A DNA stretch of 62,529 nt, filler included, from Moniliella sp. 'wahieum' (taxonomy: Eukaryota): NCBI GenBank assembly GCA_003971905.1. It is 4 parts of 4 records of this genome, joined end to end, with 100 filler letters (N's around TTAATTAATTAA, not from the genome) between each part and the next. Parts side by side here need not be neighbours in the genome. Positions count along the whole stretch, not along the records: positions 34,319 to 49,834 come from RSEE01000208.1; 3 more parts are not named here. One strand, given 5' to 3'. Every line of letters starts with the position of its first letter. Position 1 is the stretch's first letter. The notes beneath the pieces are model-generated. The model was not told the origin of the DNA, ran no database searches, and worked only from the letters and a program-made list of their open reading frames with translations. The position numbers and the translations under genes were made by a program. Of this stretch, positions 36,059 to 48,724 are shown in pieces.

Positions 36059-39000
36059 TGCAGCACAGAAGACGTCGTGGCGAACGGGTCGGAGCGAATC
36101 GGATTGGCAGCGGCAGCTGCAGCGTTTGATGCGCCCCGGACAAGCGCGCGTGGTTTATCTGGAAAGAAACGCAGTCGTGTTTACTCCCCTCCGAGTCAGA
36201 GGGGTGTCTTTTGGCGGCGGTCAAGACACCAGAGAGGCCCCCGACAGGGGCGGGCGTGGTTGTGGGGCGTCACTAGAGCCAGTGCGCCGGTCGACGCGGA
36301 GGTCAGCGCTCAAAGTTGACTTTGCGCGCCGGGCTGCCGTTGCGGAAGCGGTCTTGGTCCCCTTGCCTGTGGATCTGACGATGGGTTGGCGTCGGGTGAG
36401 GATGAAGGGGACGGAGTGGGAAGCGAGGGGGGTGGATCGCAGGGCGAGGAAGCCGACAACAAGGGCGAGGGGGCCCGAGGCGGTCTCTGGTCCACCCACC
36501 CCCCGTCTGGCCCCTGGCGAAGCTCCTTCGCAGGGCAAAGAAAACAATGTCATGTTCGCCAACGTGGCCTGGGGCTCCATGCTTGCGGGGATGCCCTTGT
36601 GCAACATCTCATGTTAGTCAATATCAGCACGCGCCGACCAACGTAACCCTCGGGGCTGTTTTCTTGCCACTGTCCCTCGCCCGCCTATCCACCTGTACCC
36701 CGCCAAGAAACGGTTTGCCACTGCGTACGCGACTCTGGGATGAAAGTGGTGGCAGGGGGCTGCTGCAGCCCTTTATGAGTCCACCCTCGGCCCTCGTGCC
36801 GCCCTGCCCCAGCTCTGTCTCGAAGCACCCCACGTGTTGTGCATGACGATGAATGTGACGCAACTGAGTGCCGATGACTATGCCCCGAATCGGCAGTGGT
36901 TGGACGAACGGCTCTGCCCAACCCACGCCACCTTGGACGATCTCAAGAAGCTCAATAAACCAGATCATCGATATCTCTACCACAGTGGCTGCCTTGGCTT
37001 AACTATATCGGTACGTTCGATGACCCGTCTATGCGTTGGGATGCTCTTCTGCTTCCTTCCTGGCACCCCGCCGCGGTAACAGGTGCGACAAAAAGGGATG
37101 AAAGGAGAGAAAGAGCGCGACGAGGAAGAGGTGCTAGCCCGCACATGTCCCATGAGCAGATGGGGCACTATGCCAACCCTCACAACGCATGACGATGCAT
37201 TCTCTTTGCCCGATACACTGTTCATCTCAATATGTTGTACCTCAACTCCCGTTTGATCAGCATACCACGGGGGCGGGGGGGGGGGGGGGGACCACAACGG
37301 TTACAACAACTGGAATATACGGAGGATCGACTGGCGTATCTGGCGACCAAGAACGTACGTATATATGATGATCTTTCAGCGTCGTGACTCAACCCCACTA
37401 AAAAAGGAACCGAAGGGGAACGATATACTTACTGGATCACTTCGCTTTATCAGTTTGACCAAGCTTCGCAAGATGCCGAGCACTGGACCGCCACATTGTT
37501 TGTCGCCATGGAAGGCACTGCCCACCCCGCGAAGGAGCAGCCCCCTTGAATAATAGAGTTGCCTCCTTTGACTGAAACACTATGCATGGCTCAGTGTTGA
37601 CGAGCACCTCAGTGCTTCCCTTGCGGCCTCATCTTTGCTCCAGCTGCGTTCCTCTTGAGCGGGATATCAGGGCGTGGCAAGGCTGTCGTCGGCACTGTTC
37701 GCTCAGGACTGTCGCTGCACTGCTGGCCCAAGTTATGATGGCGGTACGTTGCCCACGTTCTCTTGCACAGTCCAAGTTACAGACAACCAACGCAGATCAA
37801 ACACCAAACCACAAGCAACTTGGACGTACGAACTCACGCAAGGAGGAACCTGCGTGGATCAATACTCCTTTTCCAGGCATGCGAGCGTATGCAGTGGCCA
37901 TGGAGGCACTGCCCCACTTGACGACGGGCATCTGCACTGGTCAAGAAAGTACCCGCTCCACTCCCCCTTCGGTGGGGTCTGCTCGGATGATCCTGATTGC
38001 CATTTGGCCGGGCAAGGACGTGCGAAGGGGGGGTCGGACCTGCATCCATCTTTTAGCGGCCGAGCGGGATAGCCATCTGCCTCTGGGCAACACGGCGGAC
38101 GCCTTTCATGCCATCTGCAGCGCTTCCTGCTGCAGTGCGGGGCTGGAGCGGCTGCTGCTCATGCAAAAGGGAGAGACTGGGTTGGTAGTTTTTCTTGGCC
38201 GCAACGGGAGATGTTAGGCGACACGAAGCGAGCACCCCGGCGAACAACAACAATCGACCGCCTCCGCGAGAGCGCCGAGGCTGCCTCGGGGGCGTGCGAG
38301 GAGCAGCCGGCAGGGCAACGCCATGCACATGGCCTCGACGCGAAACAGCTGCGGAACATGGTGCTGGGGGGACAATGGTGAAGGGGGTGGCCAAATCGGC
38401 TGCTGCGGCTGGGACAACAGGGGACAACGGCGGTGAAGGCGTGAGGGGGGGACGAGACGTGAGGGGAGGCAGGATGCACCACCAAAAGGCGCACTGGGTG
38501 CGTGTCGGATTGGCGGGGGTGGGTAGACAAGCGCCGCTTGCTTGGTACGCTGTGCTGCCGAGCGTGGCAAACGCCTACTGCTGTCCCCAAGAAGCGGCAG
38601 CGTAGGTTGGTTCGTGGTCAGGGCAGGCCGGTAAGGACGGGGGCCCACCAAGGAGGGTGTACGTGGGCCGCGCAGCCGCGCGTGGCGAAGGGCCAGTGGC
38701 GGAGTGTGGCGCCGATGTGGGTGCGGGTTACCCCCCCCGGCACAGCCCTGGGCCGCTCGGTGTCGCGGCGAGCGTTGGGTGGTCGCGTTGCGGCCGCCGC
38801 TTCGGTTGCGATTGGCGCGCGACGCAGTTGCAATTCATCCACATTGGCTGCGGCCACCACGTGCAGCCCTAGCGCTGCGCCGAATTTAATTTCGCCGCGT
38901 CGGAGCGGCTTTTGCTTCTGCGCCACCAACCAGCACTTTGGAGCCGCTGCTGCAGCTCGTGTCCTAGCTTCTTCTTTTGCTATACACCAAACCGGATGCG

Positions 39001-39059
39001 TGCCCATGGGGGGTGGCGCCTCTTGCCTCCGCTTCTTGCTGCCCATCCGTGTCCATGCA

Positions 39060-39230
39060 GTGCCCAATGCTAGTAGAGCACGCCTGGGACGCAGGCCTAG
39101 GCGATGGTCTGCAGCAGCATGCCGGGCAAACACGTGTTCACTCGCCCGCCCACCTCGTGTCGTCGGTACGACGAACCGGGCCTTGCCTGCAAACGTGAAT
39201 CGTGTCCTTCCCGAATGGGCTGCTTCTGCT
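39060..39230 (-). mobile_element. Possible decayed hAT transposase dimerisation domain
   Basis: ARFVVPTT..ASEHVFAR..DHRLGLRP resembles ARxxLxIPATSxxSERxFS..RRxxLxP. Confidence 0.3.
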
Positions 39231-40443
39231 GAAAGCGCGGTCGACACGATGTGTGGCGGAATGCAAACAACCTGAAAGCGGGCCACCCATGGGGTACCGT
39301 AACTTTGATGGTGGTGATGCGTGTACGTGTTCATTCCCTTCTGCTGGAACCCAAGTTGCTGACGTTTCACGTTAGCTGGACGCAGTTCCAGAAGCAATGT
39401 GCGCGCACTCAAGCAGCCCTTTACTCACCACGTCCACATCCCCTCAGCCCGTTGTGCAAGGCGCCAATGCAGGGAATATTGTCAAAGGCAGGGCATTCCC
39501 GCCCCCTGCGGATGCACCGGCAGGGAAGGCTTCTACGGCTGGCGAAGAGCAGATACTGCTCGATGCTACTGTGTTACGAGGCGCGCGTAAAACAGGTCGG
39601 GGGGGGGGGCTGCTCTTCACCCCTCTCGTTGAACCCCTGAAAAGGATGGAGACGGGGTTGATGAGCCTCACTCTCGATTGGATACTGATCATTGAAGTAC
39701 CTGCCTCGCCCACCTAACCTGAGCTGTGCCAAAGTGAATCCTCCATCTCGCCCCTTTTGCTCACCACTCGCAGCAGGGTTGTGGCCTCACTGCGCCCCCT
39801 TTGTTCTCCCTTCCCCAACTCACGGCCTCCACGCCTCCGCTGTCCCGCACAGACCGGCCAGCTCCTCTTTCCCAGAGTGGCTGGGTGTTCCTCAACATGG
39901 AAACAGCATTGGTCCCCACCCAGGTCTTATCGAATGGGTCGAACGCCCGGCCTGGTTCCAGCAGCGGGCCCAAGCTCTTCTCAGTCGCACTTCCGGCGGA
40001 GACCGGACCGACCTTCACGATACGCAATCCCTTCCAGACGGCATACGCATTCCTCATCTCAAGCTTGCTGCCGCCGATCGGCAGTGCCTTTCATACTAAA
40101 GACCAAAATGAACATCCGCACGGCCCTACTCAATACCGGGGCGATAATTCCCTCTACAGGTTTTACATGTACGACGACGACCCCACTCACATTTCCTCTG
40201 GTATGATATACTGGCCGACGCGAACGTACAGGCACGGGTATGCAGACAGAGATGGATGATCAAGAGGGTCCGAGCACTACGGCAAGGGCATGGGTCAAAC
40301 CAGTGCCCGCTTTTCATTTACGTGCAAAATATTAGTGGTTCGGGATCGCTTTACACTTGGCTATCCCTCAACATGATGACGCTGCGGACGCTGCCCAGTC
40401 ATATGCTTCCAAGCTCCGTCTCGTCTTGGGGCCAATATCCTAC

Positions 40444-40693
40444 TGTATAGAGTAGCGGAGTCTATCAGGCAAGCCAAAGGGAGTGGGTGTGGTGAATAAT
40501 AGCATTGTATACCCGCGAGGGGTCGTCCTACTTATACGCAAAGTAGGGAAAAGAAAGATAAAGATAACTCGAGCAAAAGAACCTTGTAGCTCAGACCACC
40601 AAGTCGGTTAGCCCACAAAGCAGGACAAACCAAACCAGTGCCGAACCAAACTGTTGAGTCTCAAATCCAGATGATGTGGTCCGACACTCAACA
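40444..40693. mobile_element. LTR-like repeat, family C, copy 1
   Basis: Begins TG; first ~195 bp match the reverse complement of 50319-50512; right end (..CAACA) inferred. Confidence 0.65.
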
Positions 40694-43600
40694 TACTGCT
40701 ACATATTAGAGTACCCTCCCCACTCTTCTCCCAGATGGGAATCAAGTCCAAGAGAGAGTGGGACAGATTGTGCGTGGGCTGGGCACTTCGTTACAGAAGG
40801 AGATCGAGGCGAAGGGCGCGAGTGAACAAGAAAAGGTTCCAATATGTAACGTGGCTCAACTTAAAACACAGCGTACAAGATGTGCGAGCGCAACGTGCCA
40901 AGATCGTGGGCTTCTGCATTGGGGCTAGTATCACCTGACTGGTGTTCTTGCGAGCCAATAATGTGGATCAAAACACTCGCTACCCCTGCCTAAATGGCCT
41001 CCCGTTGCCCCGCCGGTTATTCATTTTGCGGTTCGTGCTTGCAGCAACCCCTCTGCCATCCGTTTCACTCGAAGAAGCGGAGAAACGGATCTGGCGCGCG
41101 CCAAACTTCCCTGGGTAGGTGAGCAGCAACGACACGAGGCAAGTCATCCGGGGCGACGATCCTGGCAATGTGGTCGGTGAATGGTTGACCAAGTCTGTAT
41201 CCCGATGCCGTTGGTTTGGTCAGATCAGTCTTGCTCTCTCCTCTTAACTTTGCTCCACCGGCCGGGGCATCGACTTGGGCTGCGAGGCGAACGTATGGGT
41301 GGACCAGGTGATCGGCAGCCAACCCGAGGGATATGAGCCCACCCTCGTCATGGCACAAGGAAAAGACGACGGTTTTGCTCGACCGCCAGCATGCGAAGCT
41401 GCTGCATCCTGTGACTACGCCGCTTCGGCTCCTGGCTGATCGAAAAAGCAGAAGTGCTCGACCAGAGCTGGAGGTAGGTGGTGCCCTCAAATCCAGTGTT
41501 CGCTTTCCTGGCTACGGGGTCATGACTGGGTTGCAGGGCATTCGGGCCATTATTGTAGAGCCCGGACCATTCAACAATCCGCAGCGAATTGGGTGCTTCC
41601 ACCCACTGTCACCCCCGCTGAGATCACGATGTCAAACGCAGGCGCTCCAAAGAGCCCATCCGTATATCGAATAGCCTAACCCCTTGGTCCTTCAGGGACA
41701 AGACGCGCGACCTATTCTACGACGTGTCGGCCAGCCGCTCGCCGCCATCCCTCCGGCACACGGCTGTGTAAGGAGATGAACACCTTGTGCGACACGGAGG
41801 CCAAAACAGAGCACCGACGTACAATTCTTGTGCAACGGGTGCCTAGCTCTGTTCCCTTGGTCTTCCCTGCGGGTGACTACGCCTGTGGTTAGTCCAGGGC
41901 TGTTTTGGCACACTCCAAGTGGAGAGCAAGCGTCGGTTGCCATTGCGCATTCACCTTGCCGCTCGGAATCGTGCGTTGTGCGAGCTAAGGTATAAGGATC
42001 AACCCATTCCAAACGCACCACCTGGTATGACATGGATCAAGTGGCTTTTGCTTGATTTCCTGCCGACCATGTTGCAAACCCACAGCCTAGGATCCGGACT
42101 AGGCATTCCTCGGTGCTTTGGCTATCCAAGAATGCAAGACGCGCAAGATGTGTATCCGCACAACGATCTAGACTGTGTGCGCTACTTCGACCAATGTGTC
42201 CAAGGCACTCGTGTGTGCACTACTACTCGAGTAGTATGGCAGTGGGTCCAGCCAAATTGGTGTGGCGGCCTCTTTTTGCTCTACCATGTGGCGTAAGGAG
42301 ATGGCTCGAGCCACCAACTTCGCCATCAGGACGCGCCTATGAGAGCGTGTCGGTACCCGAAAATGGTGAGGTCCGTTCCAGATCTCTGTTATCGTCACGC
42401 CGCTGATTGCAAGTGCGGGATCAAGAATGGCCAGCCAGCATGGAGGGCTGGGGGCACCCCAAGACACGCTGCACCCATTGTCCACTTTTGTCTCTCTTGT
42501 CCTTGCTTTTGGGGCATGTTTGTTTGATGGCTGGCTCTGGCTGATGACGTGAGTGTCGGGTTCCCTGCGGTTTTCTTCGTACGTTCATCCTCCCAAACAG
42601 CCGGCCGGCATGGAATGCATGAGACCCACACCCTACCCCACTGCTTTTCCTCTGATCTACGCCCAAAAGCGAAGGAAACAAGGCGACGGTGCGTAGTGGG
42701 ATGTCGATCTGGTCTCTGGTAGGGATGTGGGCGGGATGGAGCATGCAGGACGGGAAGGGGCAGCTGGTGGTGACAAGCGACGCGATCCGAGCGGTGCTTG
42801 GTACCTGCTGTGCGGGCGATTGCCGCTGATGGAGGCGCCTGCCGTCGCCCGATGATAATTGTACGATTGAAATGGTGGAACTCAACAAAAGCAGCTGGCG
42901 CCCCCTGAGGCGGTCAAGTTGAACTTGTTCCTACTCCGCCTTCCCACCTTCTCCTTCGCCTTGCCCACCGCCTGGAGGTCGTGGCGAATCATGTCGCCTG
43001 CCATGATGCTAGTGAACCAGGCAGGTGGGAACTTGCGTCACACCGACAGCTCAGGCGCGCACGCACTAAGCCCGGCAGCCGGAGGGCTGTGCTCCGCCCA
43101 AAGTGGGGCTGCCCATCGGAGCAGACAAAAACGCTGACTCGATCCCAAGCAGCTGACGCCCACCAAAACCACTGCACTGGGGGCGGCGGGCGCAAAGGCA
43201 AGGCCAATGCCAGCGCCACGCCGAGCCAAAACCAAATGCATCTCGCCCTTCGGGCGTGGCCTCGACGACGGCCGTAAGGAGTGGCGGCCTGTTTGACCAC
43301 CTTAAAGCTTAAGCTCACTCGCCGTGCCTCCATCTTACCCATTAAGCCGTTCGGCTCCGACCGTCGTCTAGAGAGAGGGTCGGCGGTGTGTGCGCACCGG
43401 CCTAGCGCAGCGTGAGCCCGGCTACATTGGTGTGTTCACTGTGGTATTTGTATTTGTCCATCGGGGGCTCGACTCGCCTCCTGCTCTCATTCTCTCGTTC
43501 CGACCCTCGCTCACAACTAGACGAAACTGGATCATCCGTAAAGGGGCGTGTTTGCCAAATGGAGGATCGGGAAACCCCGACACTTGACTTGCCTCCTGTG

Positions 43601-44053
43601 GCCAGCTGGTCAGACCCACTGAGCTCGGCGATACGTCTTATAGTACTGTCTGTCACGGTACCACCTGCTCGGGGAATAAAATGGATCTACAGGGGCGCAT
43701 GATGCTACTGATGTTGGCTAGCCCCGCCACCCCGTGGAACCAACGGTGGGTTCCGCCCTGGCTGTGGCTACCTGCTGGAAAACAAGCTCGAACCAAGGCG
43801 CTTAGCGTCCGCTTGTGCCATATGGAAGTAGGCGAATGGCACGCCCAGGACGCTGGAGAATGGAGGCGCTGATTTACTGAGGTGCGCGCTGCGCGTGCTA
43901 GCCACCCCGAATACATACGGTGCCTTTCTGCTCCCCTTCCAGCATCAGGAGAGGGGTGTGGGCGGGCAGGCGAGCTGATCTGCCAGCAGAAGCGGCGAGA
44001 AGCTGGTCAAGCAGAGGCAGAAGAAGAGGGACATAGTTGTTGGGCCAAAAGAA

Positions 44054-44151
44054 TGCTTCAAAGGGGAATCGAACCCCTGTCACATCGATGTCTGACGGGC
44101 ACTGGCGCCGTGCTTGGCAACGATTGTAGTATACCACTAACCCATTGAAGC
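44054..44151 (-). tRNA. tRNA-Gly(GCC) with 26-nt intron at position 37/38
   Basis: Acceptor stem GCTTCAA/TTGAAGC, A-box TGGGTTAGTGG, anticodon loop TTGCCA (GCC at 44116-44118), intron 44089-44114, T-arm AGGGG-TTCGATT-CCCCT, downstream TTTT terminator. Confidence 0.93.
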
Positions 44152-44549
44152 GTGATGTCATTGATTGGAATTTATTCAATACACCGTGAACGGTGACAAT
44201 AACGTTTGTCACATAACCCCTGTAGCTGCGATGCTTGCGCTGCGTCGGGACGGTCAAGCACTGGGCCGTCGGCGAGGGTGGTGGTGGGCGAGTGGCAGGG
44301 CAGTCGCATGCGCTAAAGCGGCGCGGCGGGATGGATGAGGGGCAGATTGCGGGAGCGTCGCCCGCGACCGCAACAGCATGCGGGGTGCTTGTGCGCGCTA
44401 GAACATGGTTCAACGCGCACCGATAGGCGAGCATGCGCATCACCCATGCTGGGCAGGGCGATGGGGGGATCGGCCGCAGCGGCGCGGTTGGGAGGACGGA
44501 TGGATGGGTGGATGGATGGTTGCGGGCTGTGCGCTCCCCCCCCATCGCC

Positions 44550-47500
44550 ATGGCCGCGCACACGCCCACAGAGCCAGCGCCCGACGCCGCTCGGAGGCGC
44601 ACAGCTCGCCCACATCCCGCTCCTTCGAGCACATGCACCACTACCTCCACACTCAGCCCACGCCCGCACCACCCCCAAGCCCACCCTGCGCTCGACCTCG
44701 AGCAGCACAGCTCCGTCACCTCCTGGGCCGCCCACCACCGCCGCCCCGCCGCCCTCGCTCCCTGCCCGCCCCCGCCCCCGCCCCAGCCCCAGCCAGCAGC
44801 CCCCCGCGCAAGCGACGAGCAACACATCCATCCGCCGTGTCCCGCTGGCCCCGGCAAGCGCGCCACCACCAAGGTCACCACCACCATCCTTATCCACCCG
44901 CCCCGCAAACACGCCCACGACAAGCCTGCCTCTCCTCCCCCTGCGCCTTCCCCCGCTGCGGTCAAGTCGCCTGTTCCGTCAGCCAAGGCCGAGTCGGTCA
45001 AGCCGCCCTCCGCGTCGCCCAAGCCACCACCTCCTCCGTCCGAGCCCCTCCTCGGTCACGCCCGTTCCTTCCAAGGTAGCCTCTGTCAAATCGGCGTCAA
45101 GCAAGCAACCCTCAAACGAGCCCCCGTGGTCCAGTCGCCTCCAGCGTCCGCCAGGCCCGCGGCTGCTTCTGTCAGAGCGCCTCCTTCGGTTACCTCGGTT
45201 CCAGCGGCCTCGCACAAGGAGCCGTCCATCAAAGCTGCATCTGTCAAGGCGCTTCCGTGCAAGCTGCTTCGTCCAAGGCGGCATCTGTACACGCTGCTTC
45301 GGTCAAAGCGTCCTCGGTAAAAGCCGTTTCGGCAAAGGATCTCTCCACCAAATCAGCCTCAGTCAAGTCCCCAGCAGCGTCCGTAAAATCGCACCCTGCA
45401 TCTGTCAAGGCAGCCTCCTCGGCCAAGCCTGCCTCGGTAAAGGCGCCTTCCGCTAAAGAGCCCTCCGTCACAGTCATTGTGGCCCATGGTGATAACCCTG
45501 GTTCGGCCAAGGTTGCCTCGGTCAAGTCCCAAACCCCCGCCCTCGGTCAAAGGAAAACCCTCTTCGGCCAAGTCGGTGCCGCCCCCGTCCGTAAAGGCGG
45601 ATACCAAGCCCGAGTCGGTCAAGTCGAATCCGCGCTCGTTACACGACGCTCCCAAGGCTCCCTCGCTGTCACAGTCTGTCTCGAACAAGTCTGTCTCGAA
45701 CAAGTCTGCCTCGGGGCCAAACCGGCATCGGTAGCCCTTGAGCCCGTGAAGGAGGAGCCACCCAAACTGTTGTGCCATCAGTAAAGTCGCTCCACCTCCC
45801 AGCCAGGTCTTTGTCGGACAAGTCTTCGAACAAGACCTCGGCCAAGCCATCGGTCGCTCCCTCGGTGGTCCAAGCCGAGCCGATGGATAAGAAGGTTGGT
45901 TTTGTTGCGGGAAGTCGTGGCCCGCCTCCCTGTTGTCTAACAGCACAAGCGCCAGTACCAAAATTGTTCGCAAACGAATTTGCATCCTCTTTGACGGCGG
46001 CCACCACTCGCGTCTCTCTGTCCGTCCGATCAATACGGATGGGGCGCCGACGTCATCGGGGGCAATAGTTACTTTACCAACATTGCCTTACTTCCCAAAC
46101 GCTCAAGCCCTATGCGAACAAGACTGACCAAGAAAGCTACCGAGTCCCTCAAGTCGCTTTACCTCCCTGACATTGAGGCCAGGACCAGCCAAGGGGGCAC
46201 CCGAGATGGTACGTCTACCGCGCTACCCTAATCGTTCTATCACGCATCTTCTAACGTGTATGTTTTTTCCAGGCGTCGAGCTGAACGTCGAGACGGCATG
46301 GGCTTTCTCTCCGACAACTACCTGCCCGGGGACGAGTTGTTCCTTTTGGCTTTTCCCGAGGCGCTGTGGCAGCACGGGTGCTAGCTGGCTTGATCAGCTG
46401 GGGTGGGATTCTACCCAAATCGCAAGCTGTCTTATCAAACCCATCTGGGAAGCCTACCTGCGTCGTCGGCCTTCCAAGCCGGCCACACTTGTGCATGCCG
46501 CCCAGACGCTTCACCATGCCACGGGTCTTGGCCCCATCCCTCTGCCACCAGTTCGGACCGGATTTCCTCCATGGTTGAGGCCACCGGTACCGCCGAACGC
46601 TTACCCGCACGTGGCGCACGTCAAAATCAAGGTGATCGGGGTGTTGACACTGTGGTTCCCCGCGGGTGGCTGGATCGGCTGGCGTTCTTTGATCCGGGTC
46701 TGGGAAAAGGGAAAGGGGTAGAACATGCGTTCCAAGCCTGGCCTTGGGCGAGGGGGGGCCGCGCGCGGCCGGCCTTGTGGCACCAGTCCCCCTCGGCGGC
46801 CGACTCGCAAGTTCTGCGCCAAACCTGGTTCCAGGGTGTGCGCACGCTGACGTGGGTGGCGGGTACAACCACCATGGCTTGTCGGACATTGCGCTTGGGT
46901 GGATGGTAGCGCTCTTGACGGATCATCGGCAGGGGGCGATGCTGAGCTTTGATCTGCGCCGCCTCAAGCGTCTACAAGATGAACGGGTGGCGTGGGCGAA
47001 ACAGGATGAGCATCGCCCGCGGTCGCTGGACGAGACGAAACGCAATGTCGGGGACGACGCGCTGCCATCGAAAGCGATGACCAAGTGGCAGGCCATGGAC
47101 CCGCACGGGTACCGAGGCGAAGCGATCCATCACTCAGTCGTAGTCAGTGGAAAGTACGACCAGCACCGGTCCCCCAATTTGAGTTGCTGCGCCACCAAAA
47201 CCCAGAGTACCTCGCCACGCTCTGGGCCGAAGCCTCGGACCCAGCCAGCTCCTGCCCACCGAACGCTATCTACGTTGGGCCGGGGGCGAACCGACGCTGG
47301 CGCGTCCAGTTCCCGGCTCTCCTTGCTCGCACCCTCTCCAACGTGTCCACCCACTCTCGTCGATCGACAGACGCGCGTGGGCGCGACGGACCACGGGCCT
47401 GTCGTTTCACAACTTGCGTCGGAGCCGGAGCCGGAACCGCACCCGGACCCGCAGCCCAAGCCGGTCCAAATCGGCCTCGCCCGCCGTGGACATGGCTGGT

Positions 47501-47590
47501 CCGCATTACCTCGCGCTCGCGGGCCTCTCACCCCAATGGGAACGGGGATCCGACAGAGCCGAGTCCGGAGGCCGAGAAAAGGGTGAGAAG
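44550..47590 (+). CDS. DUF2235 (Tle1-like) alpha/beta hydrolase with long Pro/Ala/Ser/Lys repeat N-terminus; frameshifted
   Basis: RKRICILFDG, FTNIA, GFLSDNYLPGDELFL-GFSRGA-AARVLAGLI, KIKVIGV-DTV, HAFQALALGE, LRQTWF-G-HADVGGG..GLSDIALGWMV, assembled across frames. Confidence 0.85.
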
Positions 47591-48724
47591 GGCAAGAGGA
47601 ACCAAAGGCTGCTACGCCTGCGCCTGCGCCTGCGCCTGCGCCTGCGCCTGCACCCCCCGCGCCCCTTCCGTCGCTCCAAGTTTATCTCGGGGTTTGGCGC
47701 ACCACCCTTCACGCGCCACGCCGGGCTGTTTCCGACGCCACGCCTGCACAGCAGAGAACGTGGGGGAGTCTAGCTCGGGTGCGGTCGCCACGACCGAACA
47801 ATCGGCGGGGCCATCAGCGGCCAAGGCCGAAACCAGTCCCCTGCCACCGCTACGGATCCGGCAGCTGCTGCTCCTGCGAAGGGCGAGGGCGAGAGCTGGA
47901 TCATCTCGGTGCGCAAACCGTCGTGGCGCGCGCTGCGTCGGCCTCGACCTGCCGATGCGGCCTGAAGGTGCTTGAAGCTTGAAGCTGGAATCTGGAATCT
48001 GGAATCTGGTACGGTAGGGCGACCTCGCTGTTGCTTTGGACGGGTCGCCCGGGTTTGTTAGTATGAACGGATCTGCGTTGCTATATACGCTTCTCGTATA
48101 GGCCGTTTGTCTTGTAGGTTGATTTGATCCTCTGTCCGCAGATAGCACGGAATAGCCGCTGTGAAACGCAGGGCGGGAGTAGAGGTGCACGCAACTTGAA
48201 GGGACCAACGGGCGCGCGAGTGGAGATTCGTTCCTGCTGACATCTGTCCTCCTAGCGTAACTATGGCAGAAGGAGCGGCGGGGAAAAAATCATGCCGTCG
48301 CGCTAGAGGCAGTAGGCTTGGAAACACGCCCAAATAGTAGTAGTACTGGCTGGTCTCGGCGTGAGTCCAACCTTCCATCCCACTGCTCGACCAGTCTAAC
48401 AAGACCAAGTTTCGTGTCGGCACCGGATCGAAGGTTTTTACAGCGGGGAGATTTGATGTTTGATGGGTGGCTACGTTGTCTACTCTGCCTTTGTATGCTG
48501 TGGTTTGGTCGTGGCGGGGGCCGGTTCGGTGTTGGCTCTTGCCAGCGACCTCGAGCTGAGCCTACAACAATTTTCCGCTAAGCCTGCCTACCAGGCAGAA
48601 ATGCCTGAGAACAATACATCGAGCCATGCATGTCCTGCGGTCGCGTCAGGGGCGAGTCGGGGGAGAGAAGAAACGGAGCCCAAGGCCGAAATAGAGAAGA
48701 AAACGGCCTTTGTTGGGATAGAGT

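Noticed and set aside
45933..47300. Horizontally acquired bacterial T6SS effector
   Set aside because: DUF2235 proteins are widespread in fungi and this gene has an intron-like interval (~46209-46272).
47617..47651. (CTGCGC)n and similar hexamer runs (34149-34200, 55675-55699)
   Set aside because: Ordinary microsatellites, which are common throughout this window.
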